NCBI GenBank assembly: GCA_029262755.1
Contig: JAJCYU010000044.1
Location: 1 to 42,388 of the forward strand
DNA length: 42,388 nt
Reading direction: 5' to 3'
From: Anaerolineae bacterium
Lineage (GTDB): Bacteria; Chloroflexota; Anaerolineae; Epilineales; Epilineaceae
The notes under the pieces are model-generated. The model made no database searches and was not told where the DNA came from. It was given only the letters and a program-made list of their open reading frames with translations. The position numbers and the translations under genes are program-made. Positions within the stretch are counted from its first letter, which is position 1. Each line of letters opens with the position of its first letter. Positions 9,781 to 20,300 of this stretch are shown piece after piece.

Positions 9781-9810
9781 ATCCTAACACAAATGTTCGA
9801 CACGATTCAA
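9781..9810 (-). promoter_or_regulatory. Putative sigma70-type promoter for the ABC pair
   Basis: Minus strand TTGAAT-N18-TAGGAT with an extended -10 TG; the -10 ends 57 nt upstream of the ATG at 9723. Confidence 0.45.
9785..9800. promoter_or_regulatory. Candidate LexA (SOS) box of the GAAC-N4-GTTC type
   Basis: TAACACAAATGTTCGA has one perfect half-site (GTTCGA) and one degenerate half-site, and overlaps the promoter spacer and -10. Confidence 0.4.
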
Positions 9811-9873
9811 GCAGCCGGCGGATCGAATCGCCACTCTTGCGACAGCCGACGAAGGCCGGCGTACCTCGCCCGA

Positions 9874-11061
9874 TCACCGCCCCGGACGTCGGCGCGACGG
9901 ATATTGGTAGTACTGCGCGGGGATCCGTCCGTTGTAGAGCTTGCGGCGGCGGCCGGCCTTGGCGCCGTAGGCCGCCTCGAATCCCTCGAGCGCGTTGATC
10001 ACGAACACGCTCCACGTCTCCCACGATCGCCACGTGCCGCCCAGCTCGCGCCACAATGCACGCAGCGCGTCTTGCTCGCCCATGCGCTCGCCCCACGGCG
10101 GGTTCGTCACGAGCACGCCGAAATCGTCCCACGGCTGCAGGTCGCGGACGTCCATCTGTTGGAAGCGGATACCGGCCCGCCCGCCCGCCCGGTCGCCGCG
10201 CTTGCCGCCGCGCTTTGCGTCGAGGCCCGCGCGCTCCGCGTTGACCAAGGCCAGCTGCACCATCGCCGGGTCGATATCGCTGCCCAGAATGTCCAAGGGT
10301 CGGTCGCGTTGGGCGCGATCGTCCGCCTCGGTGTAGGCGCGGGTCCAGGCATCGTCGCCGATCCACGGCCAGCCCTGGGACGCGAAGGAGCGCTGCAGGC
10401 CCGGGGCGATGTCGCGGCCGAGCAGGGCGGCCTCGATCGCGATGGTGCCGGAGCCGCAAAAGGGGTCGGCGAAGGGGCGATCATGACGCCAGAACGTCAA
10501 CTGCAGCAAGGTGGCCGCGAGCGTCTCTTTGATCGGCGATTCCCCGGCCTCCGCGCGGTAGCCGCGTCGGTGCAGCGCTTCGCCGCTCGTATCGAGCGAC
10601 AGGCCGGCGATGTCTTTGTGCAGCGCCACCTCGACACGGTACATCGGACCGGATTCGTCTTCGGGGATCACCGCGTCGCGGTAGCCGTGCGCGCTGCGCA
10701 AGCGCTCGACGATCGCCTTCTTCACGATGGATTGGCAGGCCGGCACGCTGTGCAGCGTGGACCCGCTCGAGCGGCCGATTACGGGAAAGGAGCCACCGCG
10801 CGGAATCCACTCTTCCCACGGCAGCGCCTTCGTGCCCTCGAAGAGATCGTCGAAGGTCGTGGCCGGGAATTCGCCCGCGAGGAGCTTCACCCGCTCTGCG
10901 CTGCGCAGCCAGAGGTTGGCGCGCGGTATGTCGGCCGCGGCGGCGGCGAAGCGCACCTGGCCGTTGGCGCCCTTCGCATCGTAGCCCAGGGCGCGCAGCT
11001 CGCGCGTGACGACCGCCTCCACACCCATGGCGGCGGTCGCGATGAGCGTGAGATCGCTCAT
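9874..11061 (-). CDS. THUMP-domain class I SAM-dependent rRNA methyltransferase (RlmL/YpsC-like)
   Basis: ANLWLRSAERV, LDTSGEALHRRGYR, PIKETLAA, DPFCGSGTIAIEAA, GSDID and NPPWGERM; GAGGAGG SD. Confidence 0.92.
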   Translation of the reverse strand: MSDLTLIATAAMGVEAVVTRELRALGYDAKGANGQVRFAAAAADIPRANLWLRSAERVKLLAGEFPATTFDDLFEGTKALPWEEWIPRGGSFPVIGRSSGSTLHSVPACQSIVKKAIVERLRSAHGYRDAVIPEDESGPMYRVEVALHKDIAGLSLDTSGEALHRRGYRAEAGESPIKETLAATLLQLTFWRHDRPFADPFCGSGTIAIEAALLGRDIAPGLQRSFASQGWPWIGDDAWTRAYTEADDRAQRDRPLDILGSDIDPAMVQLALVNAERAGLDAKRGGKRGDRAGGRAGIRFQQMDVRDLQPWDDFGVLVTNPPWGERMGEQDALRALWRELGGTWRSWETWSVFVINALEGFEAAYGAKAGRRRKLYNGRIPAQYYQYPSRRRPGR

Positions 11062-11090
11062 GGGCGCCTCCTCGCGGTAGGCGGCAGGCC

Positions 11091-11120
11091 GAGGGCCGCC
11101 GGCGAGATCCGGCGGCCCTC
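11091..11120. terminator. Perfect 12-bp GC-rich stem-loop between the PNGase-like and RlmL-like genes (possible terminator or processing stem)
   Basis: GAGGGCCGCCGG-cgagat-CCGGCGGCCCTC; no U-tract. Confidence 0.45.
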
Positions 11121-11149
11121 ACATTGCGCCATGCCCGCGGCGAGCGCGC

Positions 11150-13798
11150 TTATGGGCGCACGCCGACGCGGTCGATCCAAGCCCAGCTGTTGTACGTGTC
11201 ATTCGGCTGCGCGAGCTCGATGCGCAGCGTGATCTCCTGGCCACGCCAACGGGATACGTTGATTGCGGTCTCCGCCCAGCCGGCGTCGAAGGCCGTGCCC
11301 GCCTCGTGGTCGGTAGGCGCGCCGACCCGAGCGATGCGCTCGCCGTCTACGTGGACGTCCAACGTGTCGCCCTCGGTCAGCGTGTCGCCTTCACCGGAGG
11401 TGATCGGCTCATGCGTGACGAGGCGGCGCATGAACACCGCTCGTGCGCCTCGTGTGTCCGGCACGCGGAAGGTCTGCTCGACCCACGCCGAGCCCGTGGT
11501 GAGTCCGCCGGTGGACGCCGCGCCGAGACTCGGGTCGCCGAGCTGCATCGCGAAGTTGCCGAAGGGCGTGACCGGGGTACCGGCATCGTCGGTGCCGGAG
11601 GCGATCGTGCTCGCGAGCTCACCGCCCATGGCCCAGCCTGCGTCGCCCTGCTCGAAGCCGGGGTTGGTCACGATGCTTGCGGGATGGTCGAGCGCGTCTT
11701 TCACGTCGGCGCCGGTAATGGCTAGCGGCAGGTCCGCCCAACTCGGGCTGCTGTCGTAGGGCCCATGGAAGACGACGTAGCTGAACATGTCGATGCGGCC
11801 GGGGAAGTTGGAGCGGTCGGCGTCCGGCAACGGGATCGGGTCCGGGTCCAGGCCGTTGAAGAGGCCGCGGTAGGTGATCTCGTTGAGCCCGCCTTCCATG
11901 TCCAGTTCGTCCGTGATGTCGACTTTCCACGGCGGCACGTCCAGGCCCGGACACCAGCCGCCGCGTCCGTAGATCCACGTGCCGGCCTGATTGGGGGTCA
12001 CGCCGATGTTGGACATATTGGCGCAGCCTAAGTCCGTTCCTGCCGTGGGGTGGTCTTTGACGTGCGCCGCGTTGCCGTTGACGGCGAAGTGGTGCGTGTG
12101 GTTGCAGAACTCGGCGCAGTTGGCCTCGTCGTCCCCCCAGCCGTGGCCGCTGATCAGGGCCACGATCTCGACCCGCTCCGCCCAATCCGGCACCGTGAAG
12201 CGGTAGGGGCGGTAGCGCGTGTTGTAGTCGGGGTTGAAGGCGCCGCCGGTGAACATCATCCGCGCTTCCCGTGGCGCAGCGCCCTTGCCGCGCGACGAGA
12301 GCCGGAAGTGCATATCGAGCTTGTAGCGTTGCTGGGTGTAGAAGCCGATGCGCCGCGTGCCGCCCTCGTGCAGGTAGGCCAGCACGTGGCTGATGTCGGT
12401 CACCCAACGGCCGCCGCTCCAATAGGGCGTGATCCAGCGTCCGATCTCCTGCCCACAACGGTTCGTGTTGTCCTGCTCGCACAGATACATGTGGACCAGG
12501 TAGTCCCAGGCCGGACAGTTGCCCTTGCGGTTGTCAGGGCAGCTCATCGTCAGATCGACCTCGAGCGTGTCGTATTCGCGCATCGTCGCCGCGTCGGGGA
12601 ACGCAACCTCGACGTAGCTACGCTTGCCCGCCCAACCCGGATCGTCGGCCCATTCGTCCTCGAAGACCGGAATCTCGAGCACGTCGAACTCGACCGCATC
12701 CGCGGCAAGCTGCAGCTCTCGCTCGTGCTCAAAGCGCATGTGCTGTGCCTCGTAGGCGATGTTGCGGAAGATGCCGATGTCCTCCCACGGGAAGGGGATC
12801 GTGCCGAACTCACGGGCCTGGCCGGCCTGGTTGATGGCCCACGCTTCCACGCCGACGGGGAGCCCCGTGATCGTGACGGTAACCGGCGAGCCCGCGAGCA
12901 GCGGCTCGCGCATGTCCAAACCGGGTTGGCGGTCGATCATGGTCGCCGGAATGCCGACGTTGCCGCTGCCGGCCATGCGCACTTTGTCGCGGTCATCGCT
13001 AAAGATCAGCGCCGCCGTGGCACCATGTTTCTCCGCGTTCGCGCCCTTCTCCGTGAAGGCGCATACACCGCGTTCGATCAGCGCAATCTTCTCGTTGATA
13101 TCTTGTGCGGGCTCGTCGTCGGCGCAGGCCAACCCGTACCAGGCCGCCGTACCGGTAACGGGGCCCGAGTCGAGCAAGGAGGTTGCCCAGCCGGCATCCG
13201 TGACGCCGCGTGTCGTCACAGCACCACCGTCCCAGGACGCCTCGACGTCGGCCAAGATCGAGCCCCAATCGACGAGGATGTCCTGCCAGGTGTCGCTCGC
13301 CGCGAGCGGGTTGTCGACCACGTAGTGCACGTGGGCGGCGAGCGCGTCGCGCTTCCCGGCGTCGTCGATGGCCGCGATGGCGGGGTCGAGGCGGTCGCGG
13401 ATGGCCTGTAGATCGGCCATGCGCTCTTCCTCCGCGTCCGCGTAGGACGCGAAGACCCAATTCGTGCCGGGCGGCGTGAGCTCGATCAGGTGCGCGACGT
13501 CCGCGGCCCACATCTGGTCGGAGAAGGCGGAATAGGGGCTCTTGAACAGCAGCACCCAACTCTCGTCGGTCAGGGCGGGCCCGCCGACGACCGACTTGCC
13601 GCCGATGTTCAGGGTCGTGCCTTCGACCGTGGTCAGCTGGAGGGCGGGCACGGGGTCGCCGGGCAAGAGGCGCGCGGGCATGCCTTGGGCGTGTGACGCG
13701 GGGGCGGTGCCGGCCGAGCCGAGGAGCGCGACAAGCAGGGTGCCGGTGAGCACGAGCGCAGAGATTCTGCGCAGCGAATGGACATGGTTTGGCGCCAT
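11150..13798 (-). CDS. Secreted peptide-N-glycosidase F-related protein with a PA domain and a C-terminal beta-sandwich (CBM-like) domain
   Basis: Signal peptide; PA domain (KIALIERGVCAFTEK...GATAALIF...IPATMI); PNGase F-type motifs CPAWDY, EIGRWITPY, GHGWG...CAEFC and NQAGTW...RGGWCPG; C-terminal NPGFE...W domain; GGAGG SD. Confidence 0.85.
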   Translation of the reverse strand: MAPNHVHSLRRISALVLTGTLLVALLGSAGTAPASHAQGMPARLLPGDPVPALQLTTVEGTTLNIGGKSVVGGPALTDESWVLLFKSPYSAFSDQMWAADVAHLIELTPPGTNWVFASYADAEEERMADLQAIRDRLDPAIAAIDDAGKRDALAAHVHYVVDNPLAASDTWQDILVDWGSILADVEASWDGGAVTTRGVTDAGWATSLLDSGPVTGTAAWYGLACADDEPAQDINEKIALIERGVCAFTEKGANAEKHGATAALIFSDDRDKVRMAGSGNVGIPATMIDRQPGLDMREPLLAGSPVTVTITGLPVGVEAWAINQAGQAREFGTIPFPWEDIGIFRNIAYEAQHMRFEHERELQLAADAVEFDVLEIPVFEDEWADDPGWAGKRSYVEVAFPDAATMREYDTLEVDLTMSCPDNRKGNCPAWDYLVHMYLCEQDNTNRCGQEIGRWITPYWSGGRWVTDISHVLAYLHEGGTRRIGFYTQQRYKLDMHFRLSSRGKGAAPREARMMFTGGAFNPDYNTRYRPYRFTVPDWAERVEIVALISGHGWGDDEANCAEFCNHTHHFAVNGNAAHVKDHPTAGTDLGCANMSNIGVTPNQAGTWIYGRGGWCPGLDVPPWKVDITDELDMEGGLNEITYRGLFNGLDPDPIPLPDADRSNFPGRIDMFSYVVFHGPYDSSPSWADLPLAITGADVKDALDHPASIVTNPGFEQGDAGWAMGGELASTIASGTDDAGTPVTPFGNFAMQLGDPSLGAASTGGLTTGSAWVEQTFRVPDTRGARAVFMRRLVTHEPITSGEGDTLTEGDTLDVHVDGERIARVGAPTDHEAGTAFDAGWAETAINVSRWRGQEITLRIELAQPNDTYNSWAWIDRVGVRP

Positions 13799-13879
13799 GG
13801 GGCCTCCGAAACAGGCGGGCGCCTCGAGGGCGCGAGCGGGCGGTGGGGCGCGCGCGTTCGGCGCATGCGCACGAGGGCC

Positions 13880-13909
13880 GTTGTATCACGCACCGGGGGG
13901 AGCGGGCAA
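13880..13909 (-). promoter_or_regulatory. Putative sigma70-type promoter for the PNGase F-like gene
   Basis: Minus strand TTGCCC-N18-TACAAC with an extended -10 TG. Confidence 0.35.
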
Positions 13910-14113
13910 GGTTTGGGGGCTGCGGGCGCGGAAGTAATGCGCCGACTGGTCGCCCGTCGATAGTTCGAGCCGGCAGCCCCACCACCGCCCAGTCACTACA
14001 ACGTTAAGGATATGTTTCATGTACGCCTCCCCGTATCTTCGTGCACCCACTCACCGTTCTCTCAGAATGGGAACCCGGTGTGCGCCAAACGTCCCTTCCT
14101 GCCGTTAGGGATC

Positions 14114-14150
14114 GTGCGGGCACGGTGAGCCGCAGCTTCCGTGCACGCAC
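14114..14150. other. Long imperfect hairpin upstream of the giant DUF11 gene
   Basis: GTGCG-G-GCACGG...AGC-cgca-GCT...CCGTGC-A-CGCAC. Confidence 0.45.
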
Positions 14151-14324
14151 CCGCCATCGGGTACCTCTTTAGATTGAACCGTCCATGTACCACTGCGCAC
14201 CATGTGTTGCTTTGCGTTGTCGTTCTAGGCTCCTGCGTCGTCCTCCCTCGCCGAGATTGAATTCCGCGAGCGTTGGCGATCACGAACCGAGCGATGGCGC
14301 CTGCCATTGTCCGAGGGGGACACG

Positions 14325-17300
14325 ATGATCTCACGCGCCTATTCCAGGCTCAACGCGCTCGCGTTGGGCGTTGCCGCTTTGGTGCTCGCCGCCACCGCGT
14401 TAGCAATGCTCGCGCCCGGCTCCGCCGCTGTATCCGCCGCACGGGTTGCGCCCGAGGGCGTGGACGCGCGGCCGCAGGCACCGGAGCGCGCCATGTTGGC
14501 CAGCGCGACCGAGGTCATCACCTATCGCCAGAACTTCCCGACCTTCTTGGTCTTCGGGGTCGAGGCGACGATCGACTGTGACGACACGGCCGTCCCGGGC
14601 GAGGATCCGGGCGCGTTCACGTGTACCTACACGGTCGAGAACGTCTCCGAGAATGAGATCTCCGGCACCTCGATCGAGTTCGAGGACCGCATTCAGCTCG
14701 CCGTCGACATCCAGGGCGCGGACTACGCGATTGCCGACGCGCGCGACTTCGTGGGCGACTGGCAGCACAACGGCACGATCTTCTCGACGCGACCGTTGGC
14801 GCCGGACGAGGTCGCTTCGTTCACCGTCGACTTCTACTTCCCGTCGGATGCAGCCGTCGAGAGCAACGGCCCCCTAGCGGCGACGGTCTTGGTCACGTCC
14901 GACGGCACCGACGATAACGAAGGCCTGCTCGGCGATCTGGACGTCCCCTTTACGTTCACGCCGCAGGCCTTGGTCGAGCTCGACAAGATCGTGCTCAACG
15001 ACGAGGCTTCGGCAGGCGCCTTCGTCCTATTCGAGCTGACCGCCTCCAACGACGGCCCCTCGGACGTCCGCGGAGCGAGCATCACCGATCTCTTGGCCGG
15101 ACAGCTTACCGGACAGGCGATCGTCGCGCCGGACCAGCTGACGGACTTCGACCTGGCCGCAAACGACATCGCCACCTTCGTCATCTCCGCGCAGTTGCCG
15201 GATACGGCGCCGCCGAACTCTACCTTCGGCAACACGGCCACGCTCACCGCACCGGGCGTCACGCTGGACGGCGCGAGCGTCACGACCGCCATGGTCGACG
15301 GCACCGTCGGCTTCGCCTTTCTGCCGCCCACCGACATGTCCATCGTGAAGTCGATCGCTCCACCGGGCACCATCACGCCGGGCGAGGACGTGACGTTCTT
15401 CTTGGACGTGACGAACAACGGGCCGCAGATTGCGCAGAACGTGGTGGTCAGCGACCAGCTCTACGACATTCCAAGCTTCCCCGGTGCGAGCTGCACGGGG
15501 CCCAATGATGACTGGACCAGCGGCGGCACGATCGTGCGCCGGCTGCGCGGCATGCCGATCGGCGCGACGGAGCGGATCACCTGTATATACAGTGTTCCGC
15601 CCGATGCGCATCAGGTGGCTAGCGGTACGCCCGTCAACGTGGCCTTCGTGGCCGCGTCCAACCCCGAGCCGGACGCTCCCGCGGCGGCCCGCGCCAACAA
15701 CAGCGTTTCGGTACCCGTGCCGCTGCAGGCCGAGTCCACCGTGGGCATCGACAAGACCCTGCTCAACAACCCTGTGCCGCCGGACGGCACGGCCTTCTTC
15801 GAGATCGCGGTCTGCAACGACGGCCCGTCCGACGTGGCGGGGCTGCGCGTTATCGACACACCCGGCACCAACCTCGACGCCCCGACGCTCATCTTGAGCC
15901 CGGACGTATCCGCGCCCGGCAGCCTGTACGTCCCGGCCGGCCAATGCCGCGACGCGATCGCGACCGCGCGCGTCTCCGATCCCGCGCCGCCCGGCGCCAG
16001 CTTCTCCAACCTCGCCGCGATCGACACCTCCGCCGTGCCCGCCAACCGCGGCCCCGGCTCCACGCTTGACCCGATCATCGTGCTCAGCCCGCCCGAGGCC
16101 GCCGCCACCGGCGAGGTGGGCCAGTTCCTGCCGCCGGTGGACCTAGAGCTCACCAAGCTGCCTTCGGCCGTCGTGGCCGGCGCCTCGGGTGAGGCCGTGG
16201 TCTTGCAGTTGACGAACCCGGTCGATTCAACCCTTGCCGAAGGCGTCATCATCAGCGAGCTCTTCCCCTTCGAAGCGGTCATCGAGAGCGTTTCGGGCCC
16301 CTACGTGGTCGATCAAGGCGGAACGCTCGTGCGCACGGCGCCGATGCCGCCGGACACCGTCGACGACATCGTGATCGTGTTCAGTGTTCACCCCGACACG
16401 CTCGAGGGCCCGGAGACCAACACGGCCGTCGCTACGTCGGACAACCCGGAGTCGGACCCCGCCGACAACATCGCGCAGGCGCCGATCCAGGTCTCGCGTG
16501 TCGTAGACCTCTCCATCGACAAGAGCGACCTCGTCGATCCGGTACGCGCCGGCGAGGTGGCCACCTACCTGATCCGCATCACCAACAACGGCCCGAGCAG
16601 TGTTTCCTCGGGCGAGATCGTCGTCATCGACACCCTGCGTCCCGCCGGCTTCGGTATCGAGTACGCCGGTGGCAGCCCGGAGTGCCTGGACACGCTGCCG
16701 ATCTGCACGATCCCACCCGCCGGCGGCCGCATCGAGCCCGGCGAGACCTACGACCTCGAGCTGGCCTTCCGCCTGCCGGATGACTTTGATCCGGCCAACG
16801 GGCCGTTGATGGATACCGCCAGCGCCTCGTGGCGCGGTCAGCCGCCGGTCGAGGCGACGGAGGAGACGGACGTCGTTCCCGGCTCGCGCGCCGACCTGCA
16901 CCTGATCAAGTTCGTCAAGCCCGACGAGCAGGTGGCGGCGGGCGAGACCTTCACCTACTCGCTCTTCGTGGACAACCTTGGCCCGCAGACGGCCTTCGAC
17001 CTCGTCCTCGAGGACACGATGGTCTCCAGCGGCAGCTACGACGTGCTGAGCATCGTCAGCGACAGCGGCGGCACGTGCAACCCCACCTCGGGCAGCTCCT
17101 CCGGCGTCAACAACAGCTTCGTCTTCAGCTGCACCCTGGCCAGCCTGCCCATCTTCGAGCGCTGGACGGTCACCGTGGTGGCCCAGGCCGACGAGGCGCA
17201 GGACGTCAACAACACGGCGCGGGTGTTCATGGACGACGACCTGCGTCCCGGCATCCCCGTGCCGGTGGATCCCAACCCGGACAACAACTACGTCGAGCGC

Positions 17301-20300
17301 GCGTTGAACGTGGCCGGCACGGCCGACCTGTCGGTGACGAAGGCCGCCGTGGGCCGCGTGCGCGACGCCGGCTGCCAGGTGCCGCCGACCGCCAGCGACG
17401 CCCCGGACCGCGTCTCCGCCGGCTTGGACCTGACCTACACGATGGCCGTGACCAATGACGGGCCCTCCGAGGCCGTCGCGGCCGAGCTGTGGGACCGCCT
17501 GCCGCCCGGCATCGTCGTGACCGGCTTCACGGTCACCGACGCCGCGGGCGCGCCCGCCGGCAGCTGCACCACCGGCGCCGCCGGCAGCGCCATCGACCCG
17601 ATGATCTGCAGCCTGGGCACGCTCGCCGCCGGCGAGACCGTGACGGTGGTCGTCGAGGCCGACGTGATGGCCGACGTGCCGGACCAGACGATCCTCGAGA
17701 ACGACGTGCGCGTCACCTCCGACACCTTCGACGACGACGAGTCGAACAACCGCGCCACGAACCTCAGCACCGTCGTGGCCCAGTCCGACCTGGCCATCGC
17801 CAAGGACGACACGCCCGACGCGGTGATCGCGGGCGAAGGCCTGACCTATCGCCTCAGCCTGGTCAACTTCGGGCCCAGCGTGGCCACGGACGTGGTCATC
17901 TCCGACCAGCTGCACCCGGACCTGACCTTCGTCGGCTACCAGCTGATCAACGGCAGCGGCGTTTGCAACGTGGACACGTTGAACCTGGTCACCTGTCAGG
18001 TCGATCCCGTGGCGCCCAACGGCCCGCCGGGCCTGCCGGTCGTCGTGGAGCTCTTCCTGACGGTAAACCCGGACGCCGCCGCCGGCCTGCTGCCCAACTT
18101 TGCCTCCGTCAACAGCGCCAGCAACGACCTGTGCGTGGACAACGACCTGGCCTTCGAGCAGACCGTGGTTTCGCAGAGCGCGGACCTGGCGGTCTTCAAG
18201 CGCGCGCGCAACGTCGCGCCCATCGCCGGCGAGCAGGTGACCTTCGAGGTCGTCGTGCGCAACAACGGCCCCTCCGACGCCCAGGGCGTCGTGGTTACCG
18301 ACACGGTGCCGGCCGGCCTGGTCTTCCTCGACCAGAACGACAATTGTGCGCTCGCGGCGGGCGTCATTACATGCGAGGTTCCGGTCGCGGCGCCCGGCAA
18401 CATCTTGGGCGCCGGCCAAAGCACGAGCCTGGATCTACTCTTCGACGTCGTGCCGAACGTGGCGCAGGGCGCGGTCATCACCAACACCGCGATCGTCTCC
18501 TCCGCGACGCCGGACACGATGCTGGTCAACAACAGCAACGACAGCGTGATCTTCGTGCGCACGGTGGCGGACCTGCGGCTGCGAAAGATCGGCAAGCCCG
18601 ACGGCGCCGTGCGCGCCGGCGACCTGCTGACCTACACGATCTTCACCGACAACCTCGGTCCCAGCTGGGCCCACGGCACCTTCGTCACGGACGAGATCCT
18701 CTCCGACGGTCTCTTCGACGTCGTGTCGATCGACCCGGACGTCAACGGCAACCGCCCAACGGCCGTGTGTACGCTGACCTCGGCCAACGACGGCGCCCTG
18801 AACGTCGCCGTGCCGAACGCAGGAGCAGGCTCGGCCGGTGCGCCCTTGGCTTCCGACGTGAACCAGCGCGCGACCGTGAGCTGCCAGTTGCCCGACACGC
18901 CGGACCCGACGCCGCCCTTCTCCGCCGACGACCTGGAGGTCTTCGGTGGTCCCTTCGGCGGCCCGAACGCCGGCCGCTGGGTGGCCGAGATCGTGGTGCG
19001 TGCCACGGAGATGGCGTCGATCAACGACGTGGCCTCCGCATCGAGCCTCGATATCGATCCCGACGCCTCCAACAACGAGGCCGCCGTAGAACACGAGGTC
19101 GTGGACATCGCCGACCTCGCGGTGGTCAAGACCGCGGTCGGTCAGGTGCGCGACCTCGGCTGCGCCGTGCCGCCCACCGCCAGCCCCGTCCCCGATCGCG
19201 TGACGGCCGGACTCGGCGTGACGTACACCATTACGGTCTCGAACTCCGGACCGTCGCTGGCCGAGAACGCGTCGCTCGTCGACCGCCTGCCGCCCGGTAT
19301 CGTGGTCAACGGCTACCAGGTCCTCGACGGCGTCGGCGCGCCGGCCGGCACATGTACGACCGGCACGCCCGGTAGCGCCGCCGATCCGATGGTCTGCGAT
19401 CTCGGCAGCCTGGCCGTAGGCGAGCAGCGGACGGTGATCGTCACGGCGGACGTCGGCGCCGGCGTGGCCGACGGCACGCTGTTGGAGAACGACGTCTCGG
19501 TCTCCTCGAACACCTTCGACGACATGAACGCCAACAACCGCGATACGAACCTGACGCGCGTCGGCGCCGCGGCCGATCTGAGCATCGAGAAGGAAGGCGA
19601 TCCGGCGGCCGTGTTGGCCGGCGAGGGCGTCACCTACCGCATCGCGGTGCGCAACCTCGGTCCCTCCGTCGCGCCCAACGTGGTCGTGCGCGACGCGCTC
19701 GATTCCAACCTGACCTTCCTCGGCTCCCAGATCATCGGTGGCTCGGGCTCGTGTGCGGTGGACACCGGCAACGTCGTCACCTGCCAGCTCGGCAACGTGA
19801 CCCCCAACCCGGCGCCCGCCCTGCCTGTGGTGGTCGAGCTCTTCTTGCAGGTCAACACGGACGCGCCGGCCGGCGTCATCGTCAACACCGCGACCGTCGC
19901 CAGCGACGTGACGGACCCCTGTGGCGCCAACAACAGCGACGACGCCACGACGGACGTCACGCAGGGCGCCGACCTCGCGGTCCTCAAGGCCACCGACGAC
20001 CTCACGCCCGTGGCGGGCGGCGAGGTGACGTTCTCGATCGACGTGGTCAACAACGGCCCGTCGGACGCGCAGGGCGTGACGGTCACCGACACGGTGCCGG
20101 CCGGCCTGATCTACCGCAACCAGAACGACTTCTGCAGCCTGCTGGGCACCTTGATCACCTGTGAGGTGCCGCTGCCGGCGCCGGACAACACGCTCGAGGT
20201 CGGGCAGCGCTACGCCTTCGACCTGGTCTTCGATGTGCTGCCCGATGTCGCACCGGACGCGATCATCACCAACACCGCGACGGTGCAGGCCATCACGCCG

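Noticed and set aside
5657..11232. Long + strand ORFs (5657-7804, 7792-9045, 9595-11232)
   Set aside because: They are antisense to well-supported ABC and methyltransferase genes, which is typical of high-GC codon bias.
14307..14324. Track start sites at 14307, 28811, 4994 and 482
   Set aside because: Downstream ATGs at 14325, 28877, 4913 and 500 have well-spaced SD sequences and give cleaner N-termini.
14062..14334. 90-aa minus-strand ORF, or a known riboswitch, in the intergenic region
   Set aside because: The ORF lacks an SD and typical codon bias and overlaps the giant gene start; no c-di-GMP or other riboswitch consensus was recognised.
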